Positions 1 through 10,260 of a stretch of 64,000 nucleotides of DNA are shown here, in pieces. The notes under the pieces are model-generated. The model ran no database searches. It was given only the letters and a program-made list of their open reading frames with translations, and was not told the DNA's origin. Position numbers and translations under genes: made by a program. Every line of letters starts with the position of its first letter. The stretch's first letter is position 1. The stretch comes from an uncultured Microthrixaceae bacterium (GTDB lineage: Bacteria > Actinomycetota > Acidimicrobiia > Acidimicrobiales > CAVOFX01): positions 436,833 to 500,832 of the forward strand of contig CAVOFX010000004.1 of assembly GCA_963695115.1 (NCBI GenBank), read 5' to 3'.

Positions 1-1973
1 CCCTGCGCAACGTGCGCCTGCTCGATCCGGTCGTGCTGCGCAACACCTACGAGCGCCTCGAGGCCGAGAGGGGCTTCTATCGGTTCACGGACCTCGACGT
101 GGACCGCTACGTGCTCGACCGCGACGGCGAGCCGGCGCTGACCCAGGTGGTGGTCGGATCCCGCGAGCTGAGCCCGGGCAGCGTCCCCCAGAAGTCGTGG
201 GAGGGGCAGCACGTCGCGTACACCCACGGGTACGGGGTCGCGTTCGCCCCGGCCAACGAGGTCACCGAGAACGGCCGGCCCGACTTCGCCCTCAGCGGCG
301 TACCGACGCAGATCTCGCCCGAGCTCGAGGACGAGCTGCGCGAGGTCGCGGCCCCGCAGCTGTACCACGGTGACGGCCTCACCGGGTACGCGGTCGTCGG
401 GACGGAGCGCGACGAGATCGACTACGTCGCCGACGACAACACCACCGTGAAGGGGCGCTACGAGGGTGCCGGGGGGGTGGCGGCGAGCGGCGGAGGCATC
501 GGAGGCTTCGCACGGCGGGCGGCGTTCGCCCTGCGCTTCGGCGAGGTCGAGCCCCTCATCTCCAACTTCATCACCGACGACTCCAGGATGATCTACGTCC
601 GCGACGTGCGTGAGCGCGTCACCAAGGCGGCACCGTTCTTCTCCTACGACTCCGACCCGTATCCGGTCGTGCTCGACGGGGCCGTGTACTACGTGCTGGA
701 TGGCTACAGCACCTCCAACCACTTCCCCTACGGCCAGACCGCCGACACAGAGCAGCTCGCCGCCGGCAGCGGTCTGCGTCATGGGTTCAACTACGTGCGC
801 AACTCGGTGAAGGCGGTCGTGGACGCCTACAACGGTGACGTCACCCTGTACGTCATCGATCCCGACGACCCGATCACCGCGGCGTACCGCCAGGCCTTCC
901 CCGAGCTGTTCGCGGACCTCGACGAGATGCCCGAGGGGCTCGAGGATCACCTCCGCTACCCCGAGGACCTGTTCCGGGTGCAGACCAACATGTGGGCCCG
1001 CTACCAGCTCTCGGATCCCGGTGAGTGGTACGTGGAGTCGGCCGGTTGGGCGGTCGCCCAGGACCCGGGCCGCAACGTCGCGGGACCCGAGGTCTCGACG
1101 GTGACCGCAGAGGACGGGACGACCCAGACGACGAGGGAGTCGAGGATCAACCCCGTCTACCAGCTGCTGGAGCTGCCCAACTTCGGCGACGAGGAGGAGC
1201 CGCAGACGGAGGCGCAGGTGGTGGTGACGCGCCCGTTCGTGCCCCGCTCGCAGGAGGACGAGCTGAAGAAGCTCTCCGCGTTCATGACCGCGGGCAGCGA
1301 CTGGGATCACTACGGCGAGCTGCGCGTGTACCGGATGCCCGGCACCGACGTGGACGGCCCTGCGATCGTGAACGCCAACATCAACAACGACGACTCCATC
1401 GCCCAGGAGATCAGCCTGCTGGACCAGCGGGGCTCGGAGGTGCTGTACGGCGAGATGCTGCTCGTGCCGATCGCCGACTCGATCATCTACGTGAGGCCGC
1501 TGTACGTGCAGGCGCAGGGCGAGACCGCGGTGCCCGAGCTGAAGAACGTCATCGTCGTGTACGGGGAGCAGGTGGCGATGGGCGACAGCCTGCTCGACGC
1601 CATGACCAAGATCTTCGACGGCGAGGCGGAGGTCGCGGCCCTGAACGAGATCCTCGATGGTCTCGCGACCGGCCCGGCTGCGGGCGGAGAAGAGCCGGGC
1701 GAGCCGGGCGAGCCCGGCGAGCCGTCGGTGGACGCCACCCTGGAGGAGCTGCTCGCCGAGGCGGCGGAGCTGTTCGACGAGGCCGACGCCGCGCTCGCCG
1801 AGGAGGACCTGGTCACCTACGCGGAGAAGATCACAGAGGCACGGGCCGTCTTCGACCGGGCACTGGAGCTGCTCGAGACCGAGGGCGACGGCGGCACCGA
1901 CGGGGACGGCGGCACCGACGGGGACGGCGGTTCGGCCACCACCACGACGACCGAGGATCCCTCCGAGGTGTAG
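1..1973 (+). CDS. UPF0182 family membrane protein, C-terminal part (5' end outside window)
   Basis: ORF open from the window edge. Has family-typical motifs (DVDRY, YTHGYG, DPYP, NYVRNSVKAVVDAYNG, RYPEDLFRVQ, YVRPLY) and a low-complexity acidic tail. Confidence 0.9.
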   Translation, partial: LRNVRLLDPVVLRNTYERLEAERGFYRFTDLDVDRYVLDRDGEPALTQVVVGSRELSPGSVPQKSWEGQHVAYTHGYGVAFAPANEVTENGRPDFALSGVPTQISPELEDELREVAAPQLYHGDGLTGYAVVGTERDEIDYVADDNTTVKGRYEGAGGVAASGGGIGGFARRAAFALRFGEVEPLISNFITDDSRMIYVRDVRERVTKAAPFFSYDSDPYPVVLDGAVYYVLDGYSTSNHFPYGQTADTEQLAAGSGLRHGFNYVRNSVKAVVDAYNGDVTLYVIDPDDPITAAYRQAFPELFADLDEMPEGLEDHLRYPEDLFRVQTNMWARYQLSDPGEWYVESAGWAVAQDPGRNVAGPEVSTVTAEDGTTQTTRESRINPVYQLLELPNFGDEEEPQTEAQVVVTRPFVPRSQEDELKKLSAFMTAGSDWDHYGELRVYRMPGTDVDGPAIVNANINNDDSIAQEISLLDQRGSEVLYGEMLLVPIADSIIYVRPLYVQAQGETAVPELKNVIVVYGEQVAMGDSLLDAMTKIFDGEAEVAALNEILDGLATGPAAGGEEPGEPGEPGEPSVDATLEELLAEAAELFDEADAALAEEDLVTYAEKITEARAVFDRALELLETEGDGGTDGDGGTDGDGGSATTTTTEDPSEV

Positions 1974-1989
1974 TGCCGCCGAGCGCGGC

Positions 1990-3039
1990 TCAGGTCGGGT
2001 ACGCGGTGATGTTGGTCGCCTTGACGCTCACCCACACCGACCCGCCTTCGCGGAGGCCGAGCTCGGAGGAGGCGGCCGGGGTGATCTCTGCGACCAGCTC
2101 GACCGGGCCCGCGAGGTGCACCCGGACGCGGTCGCCGAGCAGGTCGAGGTGGGAGATGGTCGCCGGCCAGCGGTTGCGGGGGCTGCCCTCCGGTTCGCCG
2201 AGGTGCAGGGAGATGTCGGCGGGCGGGATGGTGGCGAACACCGCGCCCTCGTGGGGCTCGGCGGTGACCAGCGTCGCACCCGACTCGGTGGTGATGGTGG
2301 TGGCCGCGGCACGGCCGTGGACGAGGTTGGTCCCGATGAGGTCGGCGACGTAGCGGGAGCGGGGCCGGTCGGTCACCTCGACGATGCTGCCGGCCTGGGT
2401 GATGCGTCCGGCCTCGAGGATCGCGACGTGCTCCGCCAGGGCCAGCGCGTCGACCGGGTCGTGCGTGACCAGCAGGCTCGGGCCGGCGAAGCCGGCCAGG
2501 TGACGTCGCAGCTCGCGCCGCATCTCGATGCGGGTGCCGGGATCCAGCGCCGCCAGGGGCTCGTCGAGCAGCAGGGCGGCGGGCTCGGTCGCCAGCGCCC
2601 GGGCGAGCGCGACCCGTTGGGCCTGGCCTCCCGAGAGAGAGCGGGGCCTGGCGCCGGCGTGGGCGGCCATGCCGACCCGCTCGAGCAGCTCGGTCGCCGC
2701 CCGCCGGGCCTCGCCGGCCCCGACGCCACGGCAGCGGGGCCCGAACGCGACGTTCTCGAGCGCCGTGAGGTGGGGGAAGAGCAGGTACTCCTGGTGGACG
2801 ATCCCGATGTGGCGCTGCTCGGGGGGCACGAACACGTCGGGGGGTTGGTCGAGGACAGCTCCGTCCAGAGAGATCGTGCCCCTGTCGATGCCGACGCTGC
2901 CGGCGACTGCTCTGAGGAGGCTGGTCTTGCCGGAGCCGTTGGGGCCGAGCACCGCGGTCACGGCGCCGGCGGGGGCGTCGAGCGCCACGTCGAGGACGAA
3001 GTCGCCGAGTCGGAGCGTGAGCTCTGCTCCCAGGCTCAT
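1990..3039 (-). CDS. modC: Molybdate ABC transporter ATP-binding protein with C-terminal TOBE domains
   Basis: Walker A GPNGSGKT, signature LSGGQ, Walker B LLLLDEP, TOBE tail (VWVSVKAT). ATG overlaps the modB stop (ATGA). Confidence 0.92.
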   Translation of the reverse strand: MSLGAELTLRLGDFVLDVALDAPAGAVTAVLGPNGSGKTSLLRAVAGSVGIDRGTISLDGAVLDQPPDVFVPPEQRHIGIVHQEYLLFPHLTALENVAFGPRCRGVGAGEARRAATELLERVGMAAHAGARPRSLSGGQAQRVALARALATEPAALLLDEPLAALDPGTRIEMRRELRRHLAGFAGPSLLVTHDPVDALALAEHVAILEAGRITQAGSIVEVTDRPRSRYVADLIGTNLVHGRAAATTITTESGATLVTAEPHEGAVFATIPPADISLHLGEPEGSPRNRWPATISHLDLLGDRVRVHLAGPVELVAEITPAASSELGLREGGSVWVSVKATNITAYPT

Positions 3040-3827
3040 GCTCGGATCAGCCACCTGTCTCGGAGCGCGACCAGCACGGCGAGGGATATCGCGAGGAGCA
3101 CCAGGCTGAGCGCGATGGCGGCCTGAGGGTCGCGCTCGAGGGCGAGGTACACCGCGAGCGGCAGGGTCCGGGTCTCACCGGCGATGTTGCCCGCGAAGGT
3201 GATGGTGGCGCCGAACTCGCCGAGCGCCCGTGCCCAGGTCAGCACCGCGCCGGCGGCGACCGAGGGGGCGATGAGGGGGAGGGTGACCCGGCGGAACACC
3301 GTGAGCCGACCGGCGCCGAGGCTGGCGGCGGCGTCCTCGAAGCGCTGGTCCATGCTGCGCAGCGCGGCCTCGACGGTGATCACGTAGAACGGCATCGCGA
3401 CGAAGGTCTCGGCCATGATCGCCCCTGCGGTGGTGAACGTGAGCTGGACGCCGAAGGTGTCGTGCAGCCAGCCGCCGATCGGGCTGCGGAGGCTGAACGC
3501 GGCGAGCAGCGCCACGCCGCCGACGACCGGGGGCAGCACCATCGGCAGCAGCACCAGGCCGCGGACGAGCGGGCGGCCGGGGATCCGGGCCCGGGCGAGC
3601 ACCCACGCCAGCGGGGTGCCCGCGAGGATCGAGAGCCCCGCTGCCGAGAGCGAGCAGACGAGCGAGAGGCGCAGGGCGTCGAGCGCCTCGTCGCTCGTGA
3701 GGTCGTCCCAGACGGTCCCCCACTCGGCGCGCTGGAGGATCCCGACCAGGGGGAGCGCGAAGAACAGCGTGGCCAGGCCGGCAGCCACCAGCACCGAGGC
3801 GGATGGCCGCCGCCCAGGCCTGCTCAC
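3036..3827 (-). CDS. modB: Molybdate ABC transporter permease
   Basis: LPMVLPPVVGG, EDAAASLGA (EAA loop), WARALGEFGAT. GTG start overlaps the modA stop. Confidence 0.92.
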   Translation of the reverse strand: MSRPGRRPSASVLVAAGLATLFFALPLVGILQRAEWGTVWDDLTSDEALDALRLSLVCSLSAAGLSILAGTPLAWVLARARIPGRPLVRGLVLLPMVLPPVVGGVALLAAFSLRSPIGGWLHDTFGVQLTFTTAGAIMAETFVAMPFYVITVEAALRSMDQRFEDAAASLGAGRLTVFRRVTLPLIAPSVAAGAVLTWARALGEFGATITFAGNIAGETRTLPLAVYLALERDPQAAIALSLVLLAISLAVLVALRDRWLIRA

Positions 3828-4583
3828 GGCGGGGGCAGGAACCCCCACTCCTCGAGCACCGCCTGGCCCTCGTCGCTCAGCACGTACGCCATGAAGGCCT
3901 CGGCGACGTCCGCGCGTCGAGCCGAGCACGCCGATCGGGTAGGTCGCCGTCACGTTCACCTCGGGGGGATCTCGACGGCCTCGACGGCGTCGCCCGCAGA
4001 GCGGGCATCGGTGACGTAGACGATGCCGGCCACCGCGTCGCCCTCGGCGACCGCGGTGAGGGTCGCGCCGACGTTCTGGCCGCGGGTGATGCTCGCCTCG
4101 TCGATGCGGACCCCGGCGTTCGACAGGGCCTCCGCGGCGTACCGGCCGCACGGCGCCTGCTCGCCGCAGAGCGAGATCACCCCCGCGTCGGCGAGGTCGG
4201 CGAGCCCCGAGATCCCCTCGGGGTTGCCGGGCTTGGTGACGATGACCAGCTCGTTGCGGGCGAAGACCTGCGGCTCACCGGCGATGAGGTTCTCGTCGGT
4301 GAGCCGGGCCGTGCTCTCCTCGTCCGCTGACGCGAAGACGTCGGCCGGGGCGCCCTCGAGGATCTGCGTGGCGAGGGTCGACGAGGAGTCGAAGTTCAGG
4401 CTCACGTCCGCAGCCGGGGTTCGCGGCCTCGAAGTCCTCGGCGATCTCGCCGAACGCGTCGGTGAGCGAGGTGGCGGCGGAGACCGTGATGCCGCTCCCG
4501 TCGTCGTCGCTGCAGCCGACGAGCGCGGCGGTCGCGATCACCAGGAGCGTCCCGACGATCCGAGGCGCCGGTGACGGGCTCAA
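3824..4583 (-). CDS. modA: Molybdate ABC transporter substrate-binding lipoprotein (frameshifted near 4410 and 3910-3960)
   Basis: Lipobox ALVGC, AATSL, SSSTLATQI, ADVFASA, PCGRYA and GIVYVTD motifs spread over several frames. Confidence 0.85.
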
Positions 4584-4983
4584 GTCCCGCGGGACCTCGA
4601 CGATGACGTTGGTCGACTTCACCGCGGCCACGGCGAGGTCGCCGGGCTCGAGGGAGAGGTCGTCCGCCGCCTCGCGGGTCATCAGCGAGACCACCCGGTG
4701 CGGTCCGGCCTGGATCTCGACGACCGCGGTGAGCTTGTCGCGCTCGACGCGGGTGACGATGCCGGTGAAGCGGTTGCGGGCCGACTGCGGTGGGAGGCTC
4801 TCGGGCTCGAAGGCGTCGGCCTGGTCGTTCAGGTAGCGGGCCAGGCTCGCGCCGGAGATCGAGCCGGTGACCGCCGGAGGTGCGGGTGGTGTCGAGGCGG
4901 CCCTCGTCGCACCAGCGCCGCACGGTGTCGGTGCTCACCCCGAGGAGCTCTGCGACCTGGCTGGGCCGGTACTCGGACGCCAT
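4580..4983 (-). CDS. Molybdenum-responsive regulator (excisionase/MerR-like HTH plus TOBE), frameshifted
   Basis: N-terminus MASEYRPSQVAELLGVSTDTVRRWCDEG, then SARNRFTG and AAVKSTNV TOBE motifs. First gene of the mod operon. Confidence 0.85.
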
Positions 4984-5047
4984 CGGGGCAGTGCAGCACG
5001 ACGAACTCGCAGATGTCAAACGTTCCGGCCGATCTACACCACAGATG
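4984..5047 (-). promoter_or_regulatory. Putative leaderless promoter of the mod operon with CAGATG direct repeats
   Basis: Minus strand TTGACA (5019-5014)-N18-TGCACT-N6-ATG(4983). CAGATG occurs at 5010 and 5042. Confidence 0.5.
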
Positions 5048-5154
5048 CCCGGTAGGACAGCCGTAGGTCTTGCACGTACGAGGTCTGGACCGGACGCGAG
5101 CCCGGTGGCGGGCGTGTGCAACACTCGGGCCTCCGGTCGACCGAGGGGACGCAG

Positions 5155-6066
5155 ATGCAGATCGAAGCGGGTCAGGTGGCGGTGGTGACCGGGGGAGCGA
5201 GCGGTATCGGTCGGGCGCTGGTCGACCGCTTCGCCTCGGCCGGGATGCGGGTCGTGGTGGCCGACGTGGAGGACGACGCGCTCACCCGGCTCGCGGAGGA
5301 GCTGGAGGGCCGCGGGGTGGAGGTGCTCGCCCGGCGCACCGACGTGTCGAAGCCGGCCGAGGTGGAGGCCCTGGCAGAGGCCACGCTCGAGCGCTTCGGG
5401 TCCGTGCAGGTCGTGTGCAACAACGCCGGGGTGGCGCCGCGCTCCGACCCGTGGCTGGGGCCCATGTCCACCTGGGAGTGGGTGATGGGGGTGAACTTCT
5501 GGGGGGTGCTGTACGGGATCCGGGCCTTCCTTCCCCACCTGATCTCGGGCGGCGGAGGCCACATCGTGAACACGGCCTCGATCGCCGGCCTGCTGCCGGG
5601 GCTCGGGGCGCCGTACGACGCGTCGAAGCACGCGGTGGTCGCGATCTCCGAGGACCTGTACCTCGACATGTCCGGGGTGGGGATGCCGGTGGGGGTGAGC
5701 GTGCTCTGCCCGGGCTGGGTGGCCACGCAGATCCTCGAGGCCGACCGCAACTGGCCCGACGAGCTGGGCGAGCGGCCCGAGGTGGGTATGCAGTTCGCGC
5801 TGGTCGCCGACCACCTCAGCCGGGCCGTCGCCGAGGGCCTGACGCCGGCAGCGGTCGCCGAGGCCGTGTTCTCGGCGGTGAGCGAGAGCCGCTTCTGGGT
5901 GCTTCCCCAGCAGGACTTCCTGGATCTGGCGATCGACCGGTGGGGGATGATCGCGGAGCGGGCCAACCCGCAGGCGGCCGAGAAGATCCCCGGGATGCCG
6001 AGCCGCACCGAGTTGATGGAGGAGATCCTCGGCCGCCTGGCCGGAGGGGACGGGGCCGAGGGCTAG
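5155..6066 (+). CDS. Short-chain dehydrogenase/reductase
   Basis: TGGASGIG, NNAG, NTAS and YDASK catalytic motifs. Confidence 0.92.
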   Translation: MQIEAGQVAVVTGGASGIGRALVDRFASAGMRVVVADVEDDALTRLAEELEGRGVEVLARRTDVSKPAEVEALAEATLERFGSVQVVCNNAGVAPRSDPWLGPMSTWEWVMGVNFWGVLYGIRAFLPHLISGGGGHIVNTASIAGLLPGLGAPYDASKHAVVAISEDLYLDMSGVGMPVGVSVLCPGWVATQILEADRNWPDELGERPEVGMQFALVADHLSRAVAEGLTPAAVAEAVFSAVSESRFWVLPQQDFLDLAIDRWGMIAERANPQAAEKIPGMPSRTELMEEILGRLAGGDGAEG

Positions 6067-6126
6067 CCGCGCCCGGACGCGGCCTCCCCCGAACGGGGGA
6101 CGACAGCGGCGAGGGGATCCGCGCAG

Positions 6127-7230
6127 ATGGGGGCCATGGCTCCCATCTCGCTCTCGGACGACCTGACTCCCGGCTCACCGCCGCCACCGCCGCCACCGCT
6201 GTCGCCCGCTGAAGCGGGGCCGGACACGCCTCGGGATCCGCGGCAGGGGTGGCGGCGCCTGTTGCGGCCGAGCTCGCTGGTGGTGTTCGGGGCGATCGCG
6301 GTCACCCTGGCCGTGGACTTCCAGCCCCTGGTGGGGGTGGTGCTGCTCTTCGCGTTGGTGGTGCCGTTCGAGAAGCTCTTCCCCCGGCACCCCCAGCGGT
6401 TGCGCCGCCCCCAGGTCGGCACCGACATCGCGCACGCCATCCTGACCGGGCCCATGGAGGTCGCCGGGCTCGCCACGGGGATCGTGATCGGGGTGCTGAG
6501 CCTGACCTGGATCCCGGCTCTGCTGCTCCGGCCCCTCGCGGAGGCCCTGCCCGACGGGCTGCACGCCGTCCTCGCCGTGCTCGTCCTCGACTGCGGCGTC
6601 TACTGGGGGCATCGCTTCGGCCACGAGGTCCCGTTCCTGTGGCGCTTCCACTCGGTGCACCACTCCACCGAGCAGCTCGACTGGGTGAGCGGCTTCCGCT
6701 CGCACCCCTTCGACGGCGTCTTCCTGGCCCCGGCCTACCTGTTCCTCTTCGTGGCCGGCTTCACCTACGAGCTCGTGGGGGCGCTCTTCCTGATCCAGGT
6801 GATCATCGGCGCCTTCGTCCACGCCAACGTCCGCTGGCGACTGGCGCCCCTGCACAGGGTGATCATCACGCCTGAGTTCCACCACTGGCACCACGTCGAG
6901 GACCCGGTGGCCCGGGACACCAACTACTCGGTGATGCTGCCGATCTGGGACATGATCTTCGGCACCTACCGGATGCCCGCCGACGCCCGCCCGGCCCGCT
7001 ACGGCGCAACCCCGCGGGTGCCGCCCCGGTTGATCCCCCAGATGTTGCACCCGTTCCGTGGGCTGACGAACCCGCTGGTGTGGCTGCGCCATCCGTTGCG
7101 TGGGCTGCGCGAGCTGGTCGTGGTGCTGCGGCGAGGCCTGGCCCAGATGGCGGCCTCGGCTCGGCGCACACCGTGGCGGGCCCCGTGGGTGGCCTGGCGC
7201 AACCCCACCCCGGAGTGGGCGTCGTTCTGA
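6127..7230 (+). CDS. Sterol desaturase / fatty acid hydroxylase family membrane protein
   Basis: Histidine boxes HRFGH, HSVHH, HAN and HHWHH, plus hydrophobic segments. Confidence 0.88.
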   Translation: MGAMAPISLSDDLTPGSPPPPPPPLSPAEAGPDTPRDPRQGWRRLLRPSSLVVFGAIAVTLAVDFQPLVGVVLLFALVVPFEKLFPRHPQRLRRPQVGTDIAHAILTGPMEVAGLATGIVIGVLSLTWIPALLLRPLAEALPDGLHAVLAVLVLDCGVYWGHRFGHEVPFLWRFHSVHHSTEQLDWVSGFRSHPFDGVFLAPAYLFLFVAGFTYELVGALFLIQVIIGAFVHANVRWRLAPLHRVIITPEFHHWHHVEDPVARDTNYSVMLPIWDMIFGTYRMPADARPARYGATPRVPPRLIPQMLHPFRGLTNPLVWLRHPLRGLRELVVVLRRGLAQMAASARRTPWRAPWVAWRNPTPEWASF

Positions 7231-7262
7231 GCGCCCCTCCGTGGGCTTCGTACACTGCGGGC

Positions 7263-8508
7263 GTGGACGGCACCACCGCCCGGCGGTCACCCGGTCGGCT
7301 GGCACGGGTCCTCGACGTGGCGTTGATCGCAGGCGTCGTGGTCGTGGGCTGGGCCGGGCTGGTGGCGGCTTCGACCGACGCCGAGGTGAGCGCGGCCCCC
7401 TTCTCGGTTCCGATGGCGGTGCTGGCGGCCGTCTCGGCGCTGCCGTTGTGGTGGCGGCGCGAGCGGCCGATCACGATGCTGGTCGCGAACCTCGGGGTCC
7501 TGGTGGTCGCCTCGATCGTGGACGAGCGGGGCCTGTTCCCGATCCAGGTGATCGTCGAGGCGGCGGTGCTGTGCTTCGCCATCGGGGCGTGGTCCGCGCA
7601 CCTGCGGGCGGCGGGGGCGCTGGTGGCAGGGGTGGGGCTCCTGCTCACCGTCGATGCGGCCGCCGGCGGTGAGAACCCGGTGGCGGTGGCGGCGTACGTG
7701 GTGGCCGTGCTGGTGCTGCCGGGGGTGGGAGGGTACGCCTCGCGAGCCCGCCGTCAGTACCTGGAGGAGGTGGAGCTCCGCCTGGCCGAGGCCGAGCGGG
7801 ACCGCGACGCCCGGGCCCGCGAGGCGGTGCGTGACGAGCGGACCCGAATCGCCCGCGAGCTGCACGACGTGGTGGCCCACCACGTCAGCCTGATCGGGGT
7901 GCAGGCGGGGGCTGCGCGCATGTCGCTGGCGTCGGGGCCCGACGGTTCGGTGAAGACGGCGAGGGCCACCGAGGAGGCGCTGGCGGCGATCGACGAGTCG
8001 AGCAGGGCTGCGATCGGAGAGATGCGCCAGCTCCTCGACGCGCTGGCCCCGCTTCCGGGGGACGGCCCGGACGGGCCTGGCCTGGCGCCGCAGCCCAGCC
8101 TGGACGACCTGGAGGGCCTCGCGGCGCGCTGGCGCGACGCCGGGGTCCCCGTCGCCCTCGAGGTGGTCGGTGACCCGGGTGGGCTGACGCCGGCGCTGTC
8201 GTTGTGCTGCTACCGGATCGTGGAGGAGGCGTTGACCAACGTCGCCCGCCACGCAGCGGCACCCAGCGCCCGGGCGCTGGTCGAGGTGGGGGAGGCGGAG
8301 GTGTCCCTCGAGATCATCGACCCGGATCCCGCCGCGTCGGACGCCGTGTCCGCTGCTGTTCCTGTCGGCGGCGCAGGTGGTGACGGTGATCGGGGGCGGG
8401 GCCTGGTCGGGATGCGCGAGCGGGTGGCCCTCTTCCGGGGCACGTTCAGCGCCGGGCCCACGCGCGACCGGGTGGCAGGTGTCGGCGAGGTTGCCGAGGG
8501 ATCACTGA
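7263..8508 (+). CDS. Membrane sensor histidine kinase (HisKA_3 type), frameshift near 8470
   Basis: ERTRIARELHDVVAH H-box, EALTNVARHA, GRGLVGMRERV. The C-terminus GWQVSARLP is in another frame and ends in TGA overlapping the next ATG. TACACT-N6-GTG supports the start. Confidence 0.88.
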
Positions 8509-9170
8509 TGGGCAGCCGGGAGGCCGGTGCCCGGCCGGTGCGGGTGGTGCTCTGCGACGACCAGCCCGAGATGCGGATGGCGCTGCGCACCATCGTGGAG
8601 GCGTCGGGGATCGAGGTGGTGGGGGAGGCGGGTGACGGCGACGCGGCGGTGGAGGCGGTGCGGGAGACCCACCCCGACGTCGTCATGATGGACGTGCGCA
8701 TGCCGGGGCGTGACGGGTTGAGCGCCACAGCGACGCTCGTCAGGGAGGACCCCTCGTCCAGGGTGCTGATCCTGACCACCTTCGACACCGACGATGTGCT
8801 CTTCGGGGCCCTGGCGGCGGGCGCGTCGGGGTTCGTCATGAAGAACGCCGGGCCCGAGGCGATCGTGCGGGCGGTGTGCCGGCTCGCCGGCGGGGACGCC
8901 GTGTTGGACCCGTCGGTGGCCCGGCGGGTCTTCGCCCGGGTGGCGCCGCGCCCCGGGACCGACGTGGTCGGATCACTCACCGAACGTGAGCGTGACGTGC
9001 TGTGGCTGGTGGCCCAGGGGATGACCAACGCCGAGGTGGCGGCCCGGCTGGGGATCGGCGAGGAGACCGCCAAGACCCACCTGTCGAGGGTGCTGGCCAA
9101 GTTGGGGGTGAGGGACCGGGTGCAGGCGGTGATCCGCGGCGCACGAGAGCGGGTTCGCCTCTACGCCGCG
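8508..9170 (+). CDS. NarL/LuxR-family response regulator (3' end frameshifted, end approximate)
   Basis: VVLCDD, MMDVRMP, LTTFD, and HTH LTERE...GMTNAEVA...KLGVRDRVQAV. Confidence 0.88.
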
Positions 9171-9730
9171 GGCGGTGTCGGCGCCGCGCGGCCGAGCCTG
9201 AGCCGGCCGGCCAGGGCCTCGCCCCAGGACCGGGCCTTCTCCAGCTCGCCGTCGAGCAGCTCGTTCTGCTCGTCGACGAAGAAGCTCACCGGATCCTGTT
9301 CGACGGAGTAGCCGTGGTGGCGCATCCTCCTCGCGATGCCGCGTGCGGCCGACCCGGTGAGGGTCGGGGAGCGGTCGAGCCGGGTGTCGAACGCTGCTGC
9401 GGGTGTGCCTTCACCGTCGGGTGCGTGGTGGAACCAGTGGCGGAGGCTCTCGCCGGTGGCGGCCTCGTCGAGCTCGTGGGCCTGCTCGCCCTTGGAGGCC
9501 TTGTCCTGCTCGGCCTTGGCGCCCATCTTGCGGGTGCCCGAGAAGTCCATGCCGTGGATGTGGGTGGGACCGCCCATCAGCACCAGGTCGGCCGAGCCGA
9601 CGAGCTCGTCGCCGGCCTCGTCGACTGGGAGCACTTCGGTCTCCATCGAGGAGCGGAGGCCCTCCGCGAGGGCTTCGGCCACGGCGTGGGTGTTGCCGTA
9701 CAGGGACTCGTAGATGACGACTGCTCGCAT
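9161..9730 (-). CDS. Flavodoxin-like protein
   Basis: YESLYGNT FMN-binding loop, GGPTH and AAAFDTR. Confidence 0.85.
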   Translation of the reverse strand: MRAVVIYESLYGNTHAVAEALAEGLRSSMETEVLPVDEAGDELVGSADLVLMGGPTHIHGMDFSGTRKMGAKAEQDKASKGEQAHELDEAATGESLRHWFHHAPDGEGTPAAAFDTRLDRSPTLTGSAARGIARRMRHHGYSVEQDPVSFFVDEQNELLDGELEKARSWGEALAGRLRLGRAAPTPPAA

Positions 9731-9862
9731 GAGGGGCTCCTCTCGGCTCGTATCCACCGTCGAGCATCCCGCTCGGGGGGAGTGGGGACCAGGGCCGAAG
9801 GCCCCGTAGCGCTCGGGGCGGTTGGCGGCAGGGGGGTGGCGTCTGTACCATTCGTGGCACGA

Positions 9863-9939
<77 letters not shown>

Positions 9940-9951
9940 TCTCCGCAGGTC

Positions 9952-9976
9952 AGGCCCGGTCCCAGCGACCGGGCCT
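9952..9976 (+). terminator. Hairpin downstream of the tRNA
   Basis: AGGCCCGGTC-ccagc-GACCGGGCCT, a perfect 10-bp stem. Confidence 0.65.
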
Positions 9977-10229
9977 TCTGCATGGCGGCGGCGGTTTCTA
10001 ACGGACAACAGATTGGCGGCTGGCCTTCGATCCCCAGGTTCCGGAGATCCTCGACCAGGGCGTCGGTCGCGACGGGCTTGCAAGTGGCCCCTTGGACGAC
10101 GGTGGGCTGCACGCTCTCGGGGTCTGGGTTGCGTGGGATCAGGCTGTCCTCCAGGTCTTGGCGTGGGATTTCAGGCACCCGGTCTTCCGGGACAGCTCGG
10201 TGAAGTTCGGACGGCGTAATCTAGGTTCT

Positions 10230-10260
10230 TCACCGCTCACCGCTCACCGCTCACCGCTCA
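10230..10260. repeat. Heptamer tandem repeat (TCACCGC)x4
   Basis: Directly visible. Sits at the truncation point of the integrase relic. Confidence 0.9.

Noticed and set aside
1690-1935. Short tandem repeats (GAGCCGGGC)n and (GACGGCGGCACCGACGGG)n
   Set aside because: In-frame low-complexity linker codons (EPG, DGGTDG) of the UPF0182 tail, not a CRISPR or mobile repeat.
4275-4694. Apparent fusion of the TOBE regulator to ModA
   Set aside because: A cytoplasmic regulator fused ahead of a lipoprotein signal is implausible. A one-base change restores a TTGA stop/start overlap at 4580-4583.
7080-9311. Apparent 743-aa histidine kinase-response regulator hybrid
   Set aside because: The kinase's natural end (GWQVSARLPRDH*) is in another frame and overlaps the regulator ATG at 8508, so the fusion comes from an indel.
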